A DNA stretch of 64,000 nucleotides from the NCBI RefSeq assembly GCF_009914755.1, contig NC_060930.1. One strand, given 5' to 3'. Every line of letters starts with the position of its first letter. Position 1 is the stretch's first letter. The DNA comes from the human T2T-CHM13v2.0 reference genome, Homo sapiens. A model generated the notes under the pieces. It ran no database searches. It worked only from the letters and a program-made list of their open reading frames with translations, and was not told the DNA's origin. The position numbers were made by a program, and so were the translations under genes. This document shows positions 26,441 through 42,970 of this stretch, in pieces.

Positions 26441-27779
26441 TTCCTACTTTAAGACTAAGTTTGATTGACATAGTTCATACAATAATTTCATACTTGAGGC
26501 TTTCTTCACCATTGACTTGTATTCTGTCAGGTATCACAACTGCTTAAAACTATCCAATGACTTCATCTCTCACTCTAACTACAAGCTAAAGTCCTTTCGA
26601 TGGTCCATAAGGCACAGTGGTATAGCAGGCCCTGCTGCTACAAGCTTTGGAGAACCTGTTGTTAAAATTCTAGGAGTTCTGCAAAGCAGGTCAACTCACC
26701 TCACCCAGTTGGTAGGCTGAAGGTCATACGTGGTGAAAGTATTCACACCAAAGAAATCAACAAATGCTTCAAATCAAGACCTTAGTTTGTCTTTTTGTTT
26801 ATTTTCATGGAGAGTAGGTTATTAAACATGTACCAGCACACTGCCATAAGATCTTTTACTATGTGTTCCCCCAACTCACCCGCATCTCTCTGAACTAGGC
26901 ACCCTTTCATACTCACTTTCTCTCAAAGGGAAATTGTCTCCCACCAGGTATGGCAGTTCTACACCTCACCAGTTACAGTTTAATACTCAAATGTTAGTTT
27001 CTCATTTGAAATAAAAGATTGTAACTTTTTTCTCCCCATTCCTTTTTTGTTTAATTTTTTTCTCCACTTCTATCAAATATATATTTATTTTGTATATTCT
27101 CTGCCGCCTCTTCTCTACTGCCACCATTAAACCCTATGCTCAACAAAGGCAGGTGTTTTTGTCTTTGCTGTTGTTACTGTTCATGGCTGTATTCTCAGCA
27201 CTTAGAATTTGAATTTTTGGCACTAGAGTAAGAACACAATAAACATCTGTGGATTGAATAAATGAATGGCCAAAGTTTATCCCAAAATGCTAAGATATCT
27301 TAATATAAATAGATCTTTACATCTGTGAATGTAAACTTTGGAAGCCAGACTCTTTTTCACAACCCACTATGGCAGGAATTAATCCATTCCTGAGAGAGAA
27401 CTCACCCAACCATCTCCATGGGAGGGCATTAATCTATTCAAGAAGAATCTGCCCTCAGGAACCACGCACCTCCCACTAGGCCCTATGTCTCAACACTGCC
27501 ACATTGGGGATCAAAGTGAGAAAACATAGGGACAAAACACATCCAAACCATAGCAGTTAGGAACAAGAACACCAATATTTAAATTAACTATAAAATATAC
27601 TAAACATTTTAATTAGAACACACAGATCATCAGAACAGATTTAAAATCACCCAACTATATATTTTTAAAACTAGCATACAGTTTTATGCTATTTTTAGGG
27701 AAATACAGTATTTTTACAGCTTTTTGCTTTATACAGAAAGACATAAGAAAGGTTAAAAAGGTAGAAAGGACACACTATG

Positions 27780-29523
<1,744 letters not shown>

Positions 29524-30646
29524 GTACCTTGCCTAAACAAAGGAGAGTAGTCCAAGGGAACTGTGAAAGGCCCCTGCATGAGAGGAAGGGAGGGTTTGTT
29601 GTGTGTGTGTGGTTTTTGTTTTATTTTGGTAGGGTTTGGGTTCCTAATTACTCTACAAGGTGCACCAGAATTGGAGATATTTGTCCAAATTCATAAATTT
29701 TGAAAGAGAAAAAGAAATACATTCAGAGTACTATTATTCCCATTTCAAGATTGAAGAAATTCAGATTAAATTATTCTAATTTCGTGAGGAAGCTAGCATT
29801 TGAACTCAGTTCTCACGCCATATTCCAAATTGCCACACCAGATATCTGGCAGATTTAGGGAAGAGGAAAAAATTAAGCATCAATCTACCTGTGGCACCGT
29901 GTAATACCATTCTCAGGATTTTAACTTCTAACTTACTCTCTTTGAAACAGCGATCACAAAGGAATAGACAAGGGGACCACAAATCATTAAAACTGCTGTC
30001 AAACAAAATAGAGAACATTTTTCCTAAAAGTTATTTGTGTAGCGAATAACAAGTTTGACGTTCTCACTGGAAGGAAGAATATGAATAAATGAACGAGCTC
30101 CAGTAAGAAGTCTACAACCTGTCTTAGTGGTTCACTAAACTCACGTTTATTGAATGATTGTGTGGTTTCTCTGCAAAGAGCAGTTTTGGACGAAAAGACC
30201 CGAGGTTATTTACAAAACAAGAAGCTCACATAGGAACTGATCCAGTAAGGAGGATCCCGAAGAGAGACAGACAAATCATTTTTTGCATTGTTTTGTTGGA
30301 AACGCCGGGCACTGCCAACAGTGTTTTACATCACTGTTCCTCAAATTTTAATGTGCATTTGATTCCTGGAAATCTTGTTAAAATATAAGTTTTGATTCCA
30401 TAAGTCTGGTGTGGAGCTGAGACCCTGAATTTCTAAAAAGCTCCCCAAAGATACCCACACTGTCAGTAGGGGTGGGAGTGGCGGAGGCGACTACAGGGGA
30501 AAGCTTCACTTTGAGTGATCGAGAGGCTCTACGCAACTGGAAAGAAGAAACTCAAAATCCCTCGTACAGAGAGAGACTCACCAGCCCCCGACCCCCGGGC
30601 AGCAGTAAAGCGAGCTGGGCACTGCGCCTAGAATCCCAGTTCTTAC

Positions 30647-30723
30647 CCCAGGATCAGAAGCGCGCTCTGCAGCTGTCCCCGCACCTCCAGAAACACGCGC
30701 GTCTCCGCCGCAGAAGCCGCCAT
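30647..30723 (-). CDS. UBE3D: UBE3D coding exon 1 (MAASAAETRVFLEVRGQLQSALLILG)
   Basis: ATG in gccATGG context at 30723-30721; 77 nt ending GG|GTAAGA; translation matches the UBE3D N-terminus as I recall it; lies in a CpG island; phase joins exon 2. Confidence 0.96.
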
Positions 30724-30880
30724 GGCAGGCTTCCAGTCCCAGACCGGACCAAGCTGGAGGTTCCGAGGGGCCCGGGTCAACAGGACCAGGAGAGGTTCCA
30801 CGTGCGGACCAACCAGCGGCAGCCCCGCTGCGGCGCAGGCGCCTGTGCCAGATCGCAGGGCTGGCGCCGCCTACCAGCTC

Positions 30881-30900
30881 ACAGCGCCACCTGCCGGCCG
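30881..30900 (-). promoter_or_regulatory. Candidate CTCF motif
   Basis: Minus strand CGGCCGGCAGGTGGCGCTGT closely matches the CTCF core. Confidence 0.6.
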
Positions 30901-31575
30901 GAGAGTGCACCACCGAGAAGGCGCGTGACCCCGGAGGCCGGGGCGGGGCGCGCATTTTCAAAACCAGGCTTTGGCCCAGAGTGCTGAGAAAGGTGGGCGG
31001 CGAGAGGCTAGCTATCGCCCCACTCTGCTTCTTATGAGCGTGACTTGGCGCGTTAGCATCCCTGGAAATGACCATAAAAATCAGACCCAGGGTTCACACC
31101 TTTGGCTAGCTCGAAGGGAGGGAGATGATGGAGGCAAGTGTTACAGGTGGGCTTTGTCCCCAGGAGATGCAAGAACAGAATTCCCGGCCCCAAACCCACT
31201 TTATCTTGGTCTCTTTATGAACAAGGGTCGTTTGTTAGCCTCTATCTAAAGCGACAAAATTTTCAAGAATTGACTTGCCATTGCTTCTCAACTTAGACAG
31301 GATAGCTCCAAAATTGAAACAGGTGCAAAAATATAAGGAAGTTCTTTGTTACCTAATGCAGAAGAGTGTGGCTGAAGTCTATCAGGACTAACCATTTTTT
31401 AGGGGGTAAAAAAGGAAGATGAGAATGATTACGTATGTACAGCTCCACTATTCACTTTCACAAAAGTAAAAACTAAGAGAAGTTGGAGAAGTTTACTACC
31501 AGAAGATAGTTTTGAAAAGTTTGACACAGTAAAGAACCTGGTATAATGTAAATACTTATAATGAAGAACTATTAA

Positions 31576-31881
<306 letters not shown>

Positions 31882-32571
31882 TAAATAAATTCTAAATAAA
31901 TAAATCCTGTCATATATTTTAAGATAATAGCTTGACAATTTTTCTAAAATCAGTATTTGGGGTGATTAAAGTTTATTATGTTGATGCACAAATTATTATA
32001 TCTATCACAATAATTTGAAGTTATAGATGGAAGCAACAACTCACTTAAAAAAATAAAGTTTACTATTATTTGGTCTCAAATAATTCATCTATTTGAAGGA
32101 TGATGATTTCAACTCTTCATATCTTCCACCTTTAGTACCCGAGGCTATTGAATGCTTAAATATTGACACATTATATTGAAATATACAACTTCCGTAGCAC
32201 AACTTACTCTTTATAATTGTTTTGTTAGCTTAAAAGATTTTTATATATTTAGTTACGTATTTGTAAAAACTTTCATTTTTTTACGGTATGGTGTTGGCAA
32301 AACGGTGCAATTTACCTTGGAGTAACTAGATATGATTGATAGAGCTCTAGACTCAAAATAGTTCCAAATCTGACACCAACTACTTGTCTCCTAACTTCAC
32401 AAGTCTCCTAACCTCTCTGGGATGCAGGTTACTCATATGAAATATTGAGAAACTATTCAAATAATATTTAAAAGCTGTTTTCAGTTCCTATTATCTCTTC
32501 AAATGAAAACATCTGCTAACCCCCTTTCTAGCCACTCCTGAAATTGGTAGCCATGGCCGCTTCCCGCGACA

Positions 32572-32590
32572 GTCCACTTGAGGGCGCTGT
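32572..32590 (+). promoter_or_regulatory. Candidate CTCF motif
   Basis: GTCCACTTGAGGGCGCTGT, one core mismatch. Confidence 0.45.
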
Positions 32591-32679
32591 GGCAACAGCT
32601 AGCGCCGGGAGGCAGGAAGCCGATCGGGGGCGGGGATCGAAGGCCTCAGACGTCGACGCCGGCGTGGGCGCGAGCACGG

Positions 32680-32784
32680 TGCACTCTGGGAGCTGTCACT
32701 AGGCCCTTCGGCTCCCGGTCTCGGTGTAGCTGCCGTGGTTGCCAGGAGAGCTGCGCCGGCGAGAAGCGGCCGAGCCAGCAGCAG
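32680..32784 (+). other. DOP1A: DOP1A non-coding first exon (TSS approximate)
   Basis: In CpG island, ends CAG|GTAAAA at 32784; G-skewed sequence downstream on + strand; only plausible promoter upstream of the DOP1A ATG exon. Confidence 0.7.
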
Positions 32785-35700
32785 GTAAAAGCGTCCCTGC
32801 CCCCAGTGCGGCCGCTAGGCTGGTAGCCGGCTCCGAGCATCCTTCTCGGCCCGGCTAGGTCCTGAGCCGCGGGGACGCCTTGCGAGTCTGACTGCTGTGG
32901 CGTCGGGGGTGTTGCCGCTCCGGCCCCGCCAGGAGCTGCGAAGCTGGTCGGCCGCCCTCTGGTTTACGGGGAGTCGGGAGCTGCGCGGGGACTGGAGGGC
33001 CAGGGCTGGGGCCGGGGCCTGGGCCGGGCAGAGGCGCGAGGGCGGCCCCAGGTGAGGGAGGCCGGAGGCGGGGCCGGGGAGCCGGGGACAGGTCCCGAGC
33101 CTCCCCTGCTGGGGCGGAGCGGTGCGCAAGGCTGGGGCAGAGGTCGCACCTGTGCGATGGAGGCGTGCGGAGTACCCTCTTTGTTGAAGGAATCGAGGCG
33201 TTGTGCCTTCTCGGCTGGTGGGTTCTTTTAGCATTGAGGAGACACGTAGGCCCGCGATGGTTCATGTTCTCCGTGGGGCTTAGAAAGGAGTACCGAAGTT
33301 TATTAAGAGGAAGTCAGAAGAGTCAAACGGGTGTTGTTAACAATTATCACCTTTGATTCCTAAGCCTTTTAAAGTTGCAACATAACAATAGTCACTTGTT
33401 CGGGCCTCCTCCATTCCTGTACCCTGAGGGGGGCGGGGAATGGCACACAACTATTTTTCTTAAGCTAAGTAAATTGTGTTTGAACATTTTTACACTATCT
33501 TAGAGTTCTATGGCGTTTGAGAAATGTAAAGATTGGGAAAATGACTTCGACTCCAGCTAAAGCAGTCAAAAAAAATGATAATTACCAAAAATGTAGGAAA
33601 CTGTTTGCCTGACAAATAGGCCCTGAACTGTAGAGAGAGAAAAATCTGTTTTGATGTTGTTGGCCATTGTCTATGCAGACATAAGTTCTCACATTTTAAT
33701 TTTGTTTGTGGGTATTAATATGGTCTACAGTGAATAACATACGTCGGCATTATGTGCTAAGTAACTCACCACCTGATAGATAACACAGTGATTTAGGTGG
33801 GCCGACTGAAGTTATGAGTAAATTAAAACCACGAGTAGTCTAAATGCTTTATTTTAGTGATTACTTTCGGCCACAACTGATAACTAAATCATTCTCTGTA
33901 ATTGTTAAGCAGTAGCAAATCTCCACGTGGGCTTGATTATTAGGTACCTAGTGCTGAAGGAACTAAAAACACCTGATTTAATACACAAACCAGAAAATGT
34001 GACACCATAACCCAAATCTTAAATGTAAGGTAAGTGTTGTCAGTTAAATGTTTGTATACATTCAAAGAAGTCCTATTTTGTAGTTAAAGTAAAGGAGTGA
34101 GCTCTGGCCTGGGAATGAAGAGATTAGATTCAAGTGCTTTAATCTGCTACTAACCAGGTGTGATCTCCAGGCTTCGGTTTTGTCATTGTTTAAGGAAATT
34201 TGAAAAGACCAGGGTTTTCCAAACTGATGTTTCCCCCAGAACAGTGTTCTAAAACCATTTAATAGGCTTACTTTCCCCAAAGCAGTGTTCAATGGCAAAT
34301 AATTTGGGAGCACACTAGGTTAAACTAGGTTTAACTTTTTTGCTTATAAAGGCAGGACTCTTCAAAACCTTTACTGTTATGCTGATACATGTAAATCTCC
34401 AGAAGGTTATCCTAGCATTCCCAAATTTACCTGATCTATTTTCTCATGGCCAAATGGTTAACAACTCTTAGAATATAATTACATAGAATATAAATTTAAA
34501 AACTGCTGTACTTAAGCTGAGTCCTCTTCAACTGTAAAGGTCCATGCATTAGGCTTATTTTTTGGCTGTCATTTTAAACTTTTTGGAGCATGAAGATCTA
34601 GTGGCAACTCACTTGTATAAAAAAAATTATATTTTTCTTAGTAAAATATTAATGATACACTTAAGTTCCCATGAGTCTTAATGCTTTAATTATTGGCAGA
34701 AGACTTATCTTATTCTTTCTGGTTTTTTGACTTTTTTAAAACCATAATTCATGTTTTGAATTTGATGGTGGAGTGTAGTTATTGATTTTATTCAAAATGG
34801 CATTTTGAGGTTCCAACAAGTGAAGACTTGTTGATAATGGCATCACTTTTGCTGTGATGATTTCTCCTTATAGTCATGCATTCCTAAAATGAAATTATGG
34901 TAGAAGCCACCCAAAATGTGCTTACTGTGTAATAACTACCTATTTTAAGAGCTTATATCATGGAAAAGAGCTAAAGGCTAAAACACAAATTTTGAGACAG
35001 TTACTTCTAAATTGCTTTACAAACAGGATGTGTGCTGAACACAATCTTAAACTGTTTTGCTAAAGTCTGTTAAGTGTCACTAGTACACCACCAGTGTGGA
35101 TATTCTGTTCATTCTTTATTACTTTCTTAGGGTGAATGCTGTTAATGCACAATTTTGCTTGCAGATAGGAGAGGTGGGAAGAGAACATGTAATTTTAATA
35201 GATAAGCGTTAATTCAGGTAAATTATCTCCCTGGAATAAAACTATTAAGTAGAAATATAAAGCTAATATTTTTTGTGTAATAGTTAACAGTTTTTATTGA
35301 GAATTGTATGAAAATATGATACCCTTGTCTTTAACTGGCGGTTTCCCTTTTTCCTTTATTGTATTTACTTCCTCCTCTCCAAGCTATCCAAGCCTGAAAT
35401 CTCAATGACCTTTCATTGCATTGGTCAATTATATAGTATCAAATTTATTAAGGAAAAATTTATATATACTGATGTACATTCATTTAAGTGTACATTTCAA
35501 TAAGTTTTAGTAGATATATATGCACCCGTGTAGCTACCACCACAATCAAGATTTGGAAGATGCCACCACTCAGGCACATATAGTTATACTTTTACTCTCT
35601 GAGAATGTTCTTCTGTTTCTGAGTGTCTAAATTATACCTTTAAGACCTAGCTCAAATGCCACCCTGTGAACCTTTTTTTGATTACCTCATTTTGAATTAA

Positions 35701-36222
35701 TTTCCTCCTCTTCTGACTTTCCTTTTCACATTTTTTTTTTCATCATTCTTCTCTGTTCTTTGTGGTGGCTAACCCAGTGGCAAACATATAGCAGGCACTT
35801 ATTTGTTGACCAAATGGATTAATGTAATATTTCCTCAACTTCAGTCTTTGTGATATCATCTTCAAAATTTTGGCCATATCTTCCTGTTTGGCATACTTCC
35901 TGTTTAGTTATTAATATTTCTTTATATCAATGTGATTATTAAAGTAATATTTTAAAGGAAACTTGGAATAACTTTGAGTAAAAAGCAGGTGGCACTTGCC
36001 ATAAACAGAAGGTGGACGTATACGTAAAAATAATGAAAATCAAAGTCCCCTTAATTTCTAACTAGAAACTATTGCCTGCAGGAGGCTCTAAGCCTAAAAC
36101 TTGCCCTTTGTTTAAAAGTGAGATTGGCAAGAATTTCAGTGGTGTTAACATCTTGGCACCAAACTGAGACTTTCTTCTTGATACAGTCAGAGGAACTGAA
36201 AGAGAATGAAGAGGAAGTAACC

Positions 36223-36511
36223 TTTTTTTTTTTGAAATGGAGTCTCACTCTGTCATCCAGGCTGGAGTGCAGTGGAGTGAGCTCACTGCAACCTCTGCCT
36301 CCCGGATTCAAGGTATTCTCCTGCCTCAGCCTCCTGATTAGCTGGTATTACAGGCACCCACCATCACACCGGGCTAACTTTTGTATTTTTAGCAGAGACA
36401 GGGTTTCGCCATGTTGGTCACGCTGGTCTCAAACTCCTGACCTCAGGTTATCCGCCTCGCCTCTGCCTCTCAAAATGCTGGGATTACAGACATGAGCCAC
36501 TGTGTCCGGCC
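36223..36511 (-). mobile_element. Alu (AluS-like)
   Basis: Antisense dimer. Confidence 0.92.
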
Positions 36512-38033
36512 CCTCCTCATTTAATTCAGTGTCACTTAGCTCTGCCCTCGGATCTTATAAAATCATCCCACGTCTCCATTTGGTGGCCCAAATTTTTGTA
36601 GATACTAAGTTAATCAGTGCTTGAAAATTCCTTAGAATTTTATCTGTGCAATAATTGAGAAACAAAGCCTTAATTGTAAATTAAAAAGTGTACTACAATT
36701 ACCTTAAAAAATATAGTAAAAAAAGTTACTTTAAAAAATAGTACAAAGATAATATTCTTGAATCAGATATGTCTTTATTTTTTCAAAAATGTTCTGAATG
36801 TTACTGATGTTACATCCTACTAGGGTACATTAGCCTTAAGATAAACATTTGAATCTAAAATCTAAATCAGAAAACAAGTGGGAACCTGTTATATGACAAA
36901 GTGATGACTGTTGATTCAGGAGTGATGAAATGTTAATATAATGTTTATCTGGCAAAGCTCCTGTATGAGTAGATGAGGTAATAAAGTTAAAATAATCTCC
37001 TATCTCCTTTAGTTTTTTCTCTCATCACTTAAGTTTTATATAGCTATATTTTTATATTTTAATCCTGCCGAAGACATTTCTAGACTTTTTCCTCCTGAGA
37101 TGACACCTTCTACTCTCCTGTGGAAGGAGTTTCGTATGAACATACTGGAAAATAAATTCCCTGCTCTTATTTTGTAAAATACATTTTGTATTTAAAGTTG
37201 CTGGAGTTACTTATAGGCATATATCCATATTATGAGCCTAACATTTGCTGTTATTTCGTGTTCATGAACAAAGAGCTTGAGTAAATAGACCCTTTCATTT
37301 GGTGTTAACGGTTTCCAAAAAAAAAAAATTAACCTGAGTGGTGATAAGTTTATCAGTACACACAATCATTTGCTACTCACCAAGAGGTCAGATTCCTGGG
37401 TTTTGTTTTTGTTTTTGAGACGGGGCTCTGTAGTCCAGGGTGGAGTGAGATTCCTGTTAATATAAGGTTCTGGGATACAACCTAAAAAATTGGAAGTAAG
37501 TAAAGAGCCATCTTGGATGCATAGCATTTATTTCACAAACAAGTGGTTTCTTTCCTGCTTCTCACTGTAAAATAAGGGAGCAGTACAGAAGCAATATAGG
37601 TAAATTGTCATCATTTAGAAGTGACAGCTGACTATAATCAGAAAATCATAAAAATACTGCAATCTTAGTCCTTTGAATTATACAGGTAAATAGCCCTACA
37701 TTTTTCAGTTGCTTTTGATTGTGCTATTATATTATGAAAAGGTACTATAAAGTATCAGCTACCTGAAACCTTTAGAATATGTGTTATTTTTATCGAATAT
37801 TCTACATAGCTAGAATTTTTTTATATACCCCAAATGCCATCGCAGAGCACTGATTATGCTTTTTGCTTCTGTTCAGAATGATGCAGCTGGCACAGTGGCT
37901 TTTCCATACATGCTTAACAGTTTAAAAATTTCCTGGAGAGGTTTTTCTCCTGCTGGCCTGTGAAAAAATAGAACATAGTACAGTACTTGCTTTAAAGTTA
38001 GTCTCTGACATTTTGGAAGAAATAAGTGTTTGA

Positions 38034-38391
<358 letters not shown>

Positions 38392-38599
38392 AGCAGTTCA
38401 CTTTTGAGCCTGAATGAGGGGTTCCAGAAACAAAATATGGCCTCTGACATTTTTTGGAAGGCTGTCCTCAAAGCACTGTTCCCCAAACCTACCTGATTCC
38501 ATAACTTGAGGCTGCCAATTTTACGTAATCTGATAACTTTCATTATGTTTTAAGTTTCAGAGATTGTGGTTGAAAAAATGAAAATATTATTTGGGAATA

Positions 38600-39070
38600 A
38601 ACTGTTGTTAAGTTATCTATTGCTACATGACAAATTATCTCAAAATGTAGTGATTTAAAACAGTATCTCACACAATTTTTGTCAGAGGGGATAGGGAAGT
38701 TATTTGGCTTGAGTTTCTTATGAGGTTGCAGTCTGATTGCAGTTGGAGAACTCACTTTCGAAGTGGCTCACTCATGACTGGCAAGGCAAGTTGTTTCTGG
38801 CTTTTAGAGGAATGATGTAGTTCCTCCCCACATGGGCCTCTTCACAGGTCTGCTTTGAGTGTCCTTATGACATAGAGGCCAACTTGCCCCAGAATGAGTG
38901 ATTCTAGAGATATCAAAGTGGGAGCTACAGTGTCTGTTATGGCCTTTTACTTCTGCAGTGTTATATTGATTATTCTCACAGGCCAGCAGTGATTCCATGT
39001 GGTAAGGAATTGCCCAAGAGCATGAATATCAGGAAGTGAGGATCATTGAAACCCATGTTAGAAGCCAGTA
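38600..39070. mobile_element. MLT1 (MaLR) LTR
   Basis: gttatctattgct...caaa...gtggctcactcatgactggcaag...catgggcctcttcacagg; related to 60630-61110. Confidence 0.65.
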
Positions 39071-39451
39071 TGTGAATATCTATCTAAATCGTAAACAGTA
39101 CCTATTTACTCAGTATGCAGTATATACACAGCTCATTGTGATTTTGGAAAGAATATTCAAAGATTAACTTAAAATGCACTTGAAAATTAATGTACCAAAC
39201 AAATCAAGCACTTTGACAAATTCTTAGTCTCCATGGTCCTTTGGGAGGGGGGTATGATTCTGAGTTGAGACGTAGCACTTAAGATACAGATTTTATTTAT
39301 TTATTTATTTATTGTTATTTATTATGAGATGAAAGGAGGAAATACCACATTTTACACAGTTGCTATTTCATGTTCTTTAGGGACATTATTCATTCACCCT
39401 TTATTACCATAAATGGGGCATAATTCACATGATTTTAAAAGTATAAGTATA

Positions 39452-39962
39452 CAGATAGTCCCCAAATCATGGTAGTTTGACTTTATGACTTTTCAACTTT
39501 ACACTCGTGCAAAAATGATACACATCCAATAAAAACTCGACTTCTAGTATCCATACAACCATTTTGATTTCTCCTTCCAGTATAGTATTTAATAAATTAC
39601 ATGAGCTATTCAACACTTTATTATAAAACACGCTTTATATTGGGTGATTTTTGCCTAACTATAGGCTAATATAGGTGTTCTGAGCACATTTAAGGTAGGC
39701 TAGGCTAAGTAATGATGTAAATTATAGTGAATCAACGTGAATGTACTTAACACTACTGAACTATACACTCAGTGGTTAAGATAGTAAATTTTGGCCAGGC
39801 TCAGTGGCTCATTTCCATAATCCCAACACTTTGGAAGGCCAAGGCCAGAGGATTGCTTGAGCCCAGCAATGCTAAATGAAATGTTGAATACATTTCAACT
39901 TACGGTATTTTCAACTTAGGATGAGTTTGTGTGGATATAAGCCATAAGTCAAGGAATATCTG
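39452..39962 (-). mobile_element. MER47A (Tigger-family MITE) interrupted by a 133-bp captured segment
   Basis: TA-flanked termini cagatagtcc...gaatatctg; internal ttctgagcacatttaaggtaggctaggctaag matches my recall of the MER47A consensus. Confidence 0.8.
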
Positions 39963-40594
39963 TATGATGAAAAGACTCCTTTTCCTGGGCCCTCATCCAT
40001 CCAGTTACCACCTGTCTCCTAGGAAGTAATGTTTAGTTTCGTTGTGTGTTCTTTCAGATATGTATTGTACATATGCAAATTAATATATATTTTCCCTCTT
40101 TTAATATGATAGCATATTATAAACACTATTCTGTGCCTTGCTTCTTTTAGTTAATATATGTTAGCACTTTAAAAATCAATGTATACACTTAATTCATTAT
40201 TTTTACCAACTGAGAATATTCTATTGTCATTCAATTTTTATAATGTTTATTGACTGTTTACCGTGGGTCAGGCACTTTTCTAGGAGCTGGGGATTTGAGA
40301 GCTAAAATGACAGATGAGGTCTCTCTGTTATAGCGATTACCACCCCTGGAGTCACAGTTCAATTACAATAAAGCAAGGTAAGTTCTATGATAGAGGAAGT
40401 ATAGCATGTCATGGGAGTTCACAGGAAGGAGGTGTATATGTGAGTGTTAGGGGAATGGTGGAATGGTCCTGGAAGACTTCCCAAAAGGGATAAAATCTGA
40501 GACCTGAAGGATAAGTAGGTACTTGTCAGGTCAAGTTAGGATTTAGTGTTTGAAACAGAAGGAATAAAAGGGTGGCTCTCAAAAAATGCATTTA

Positions 40595-42692
<2,098 letters not shown>

Positions 42693-42771
42693 GGACTTTA
42701 AACTTCTAGAAACATGAAGCATATGTACATTTTTTACATTTTATACTGTCATGTAAGCCATGTTTCTAAAT

Positions 42772-42970
42772 CAGGGGTGTCCAAACTTTTGGCCTCCCTG
42801 GGCCACATTGGAAGAAGAATTGTCTCAGGCCACACATAAAATACACTAACACTTAACTATAGCTGATAAGCTAAAAAGGTCCATGCATAAATCTCTTAAT
42901 GTTTTAAGAAAGTTTACGAATTTCTTGGGCCACATTCAAAACTGTTCTGGGCTGTGGGTTGGACAAGCTT
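42772..42970 (+). mobile_element. MER30 (hAT-Charlie MITE)
   Basis: caggggtgtccaa...gggccacattggaagaagaattgtc...ggttggacaagctt. Confidence 0.85.

Larger units (their letters stand above)
30480..31060. promoter_or_regulatory. CpG island / UBE3D promoter
   Basis: High GC and CpG density around UBE3D exon 1; GC box GGGGCGGGGC (~30940), E-box CACGTG (~30799), E2F-like TTGGCGCG (~31045). Confidence 0.9.
32550..33300. promoter_or_regulatory. CpG island / DOP1A promoter
   Basis: High GC and CpG density; GC box GGGGCGGGG (~32627), ETS-like CAGGAAGC, ZNF143-like site at 32679-32698. Confidence 0.9.

Noticed and set aside
30472-31075. 171-aa (+) and 165-aa (-) ORFs over the UBE3D CpG island
   Set aside because: GC-rich, stop-poor sequence with Arg/Pro/Gly/Ala-biased translations and no recognisable domain; the real exon 1 is a separate short minus-strand segment from ATG 30723.
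32578-33356. Several 60-139 aa ORFs over the DOP1A CpG island
   Set aside because: Typical CpG-island open frames on both strands with low-complexity composition and no family similarity.
37763-37957. Minus-strand exon-like block (ttttttcacag| ... CAG|GTAGCT) antisense to DOP1A
   Set aside because: Stops in all three frames, weak donor and no recognisable protein similarity; not distinguishable from chance.
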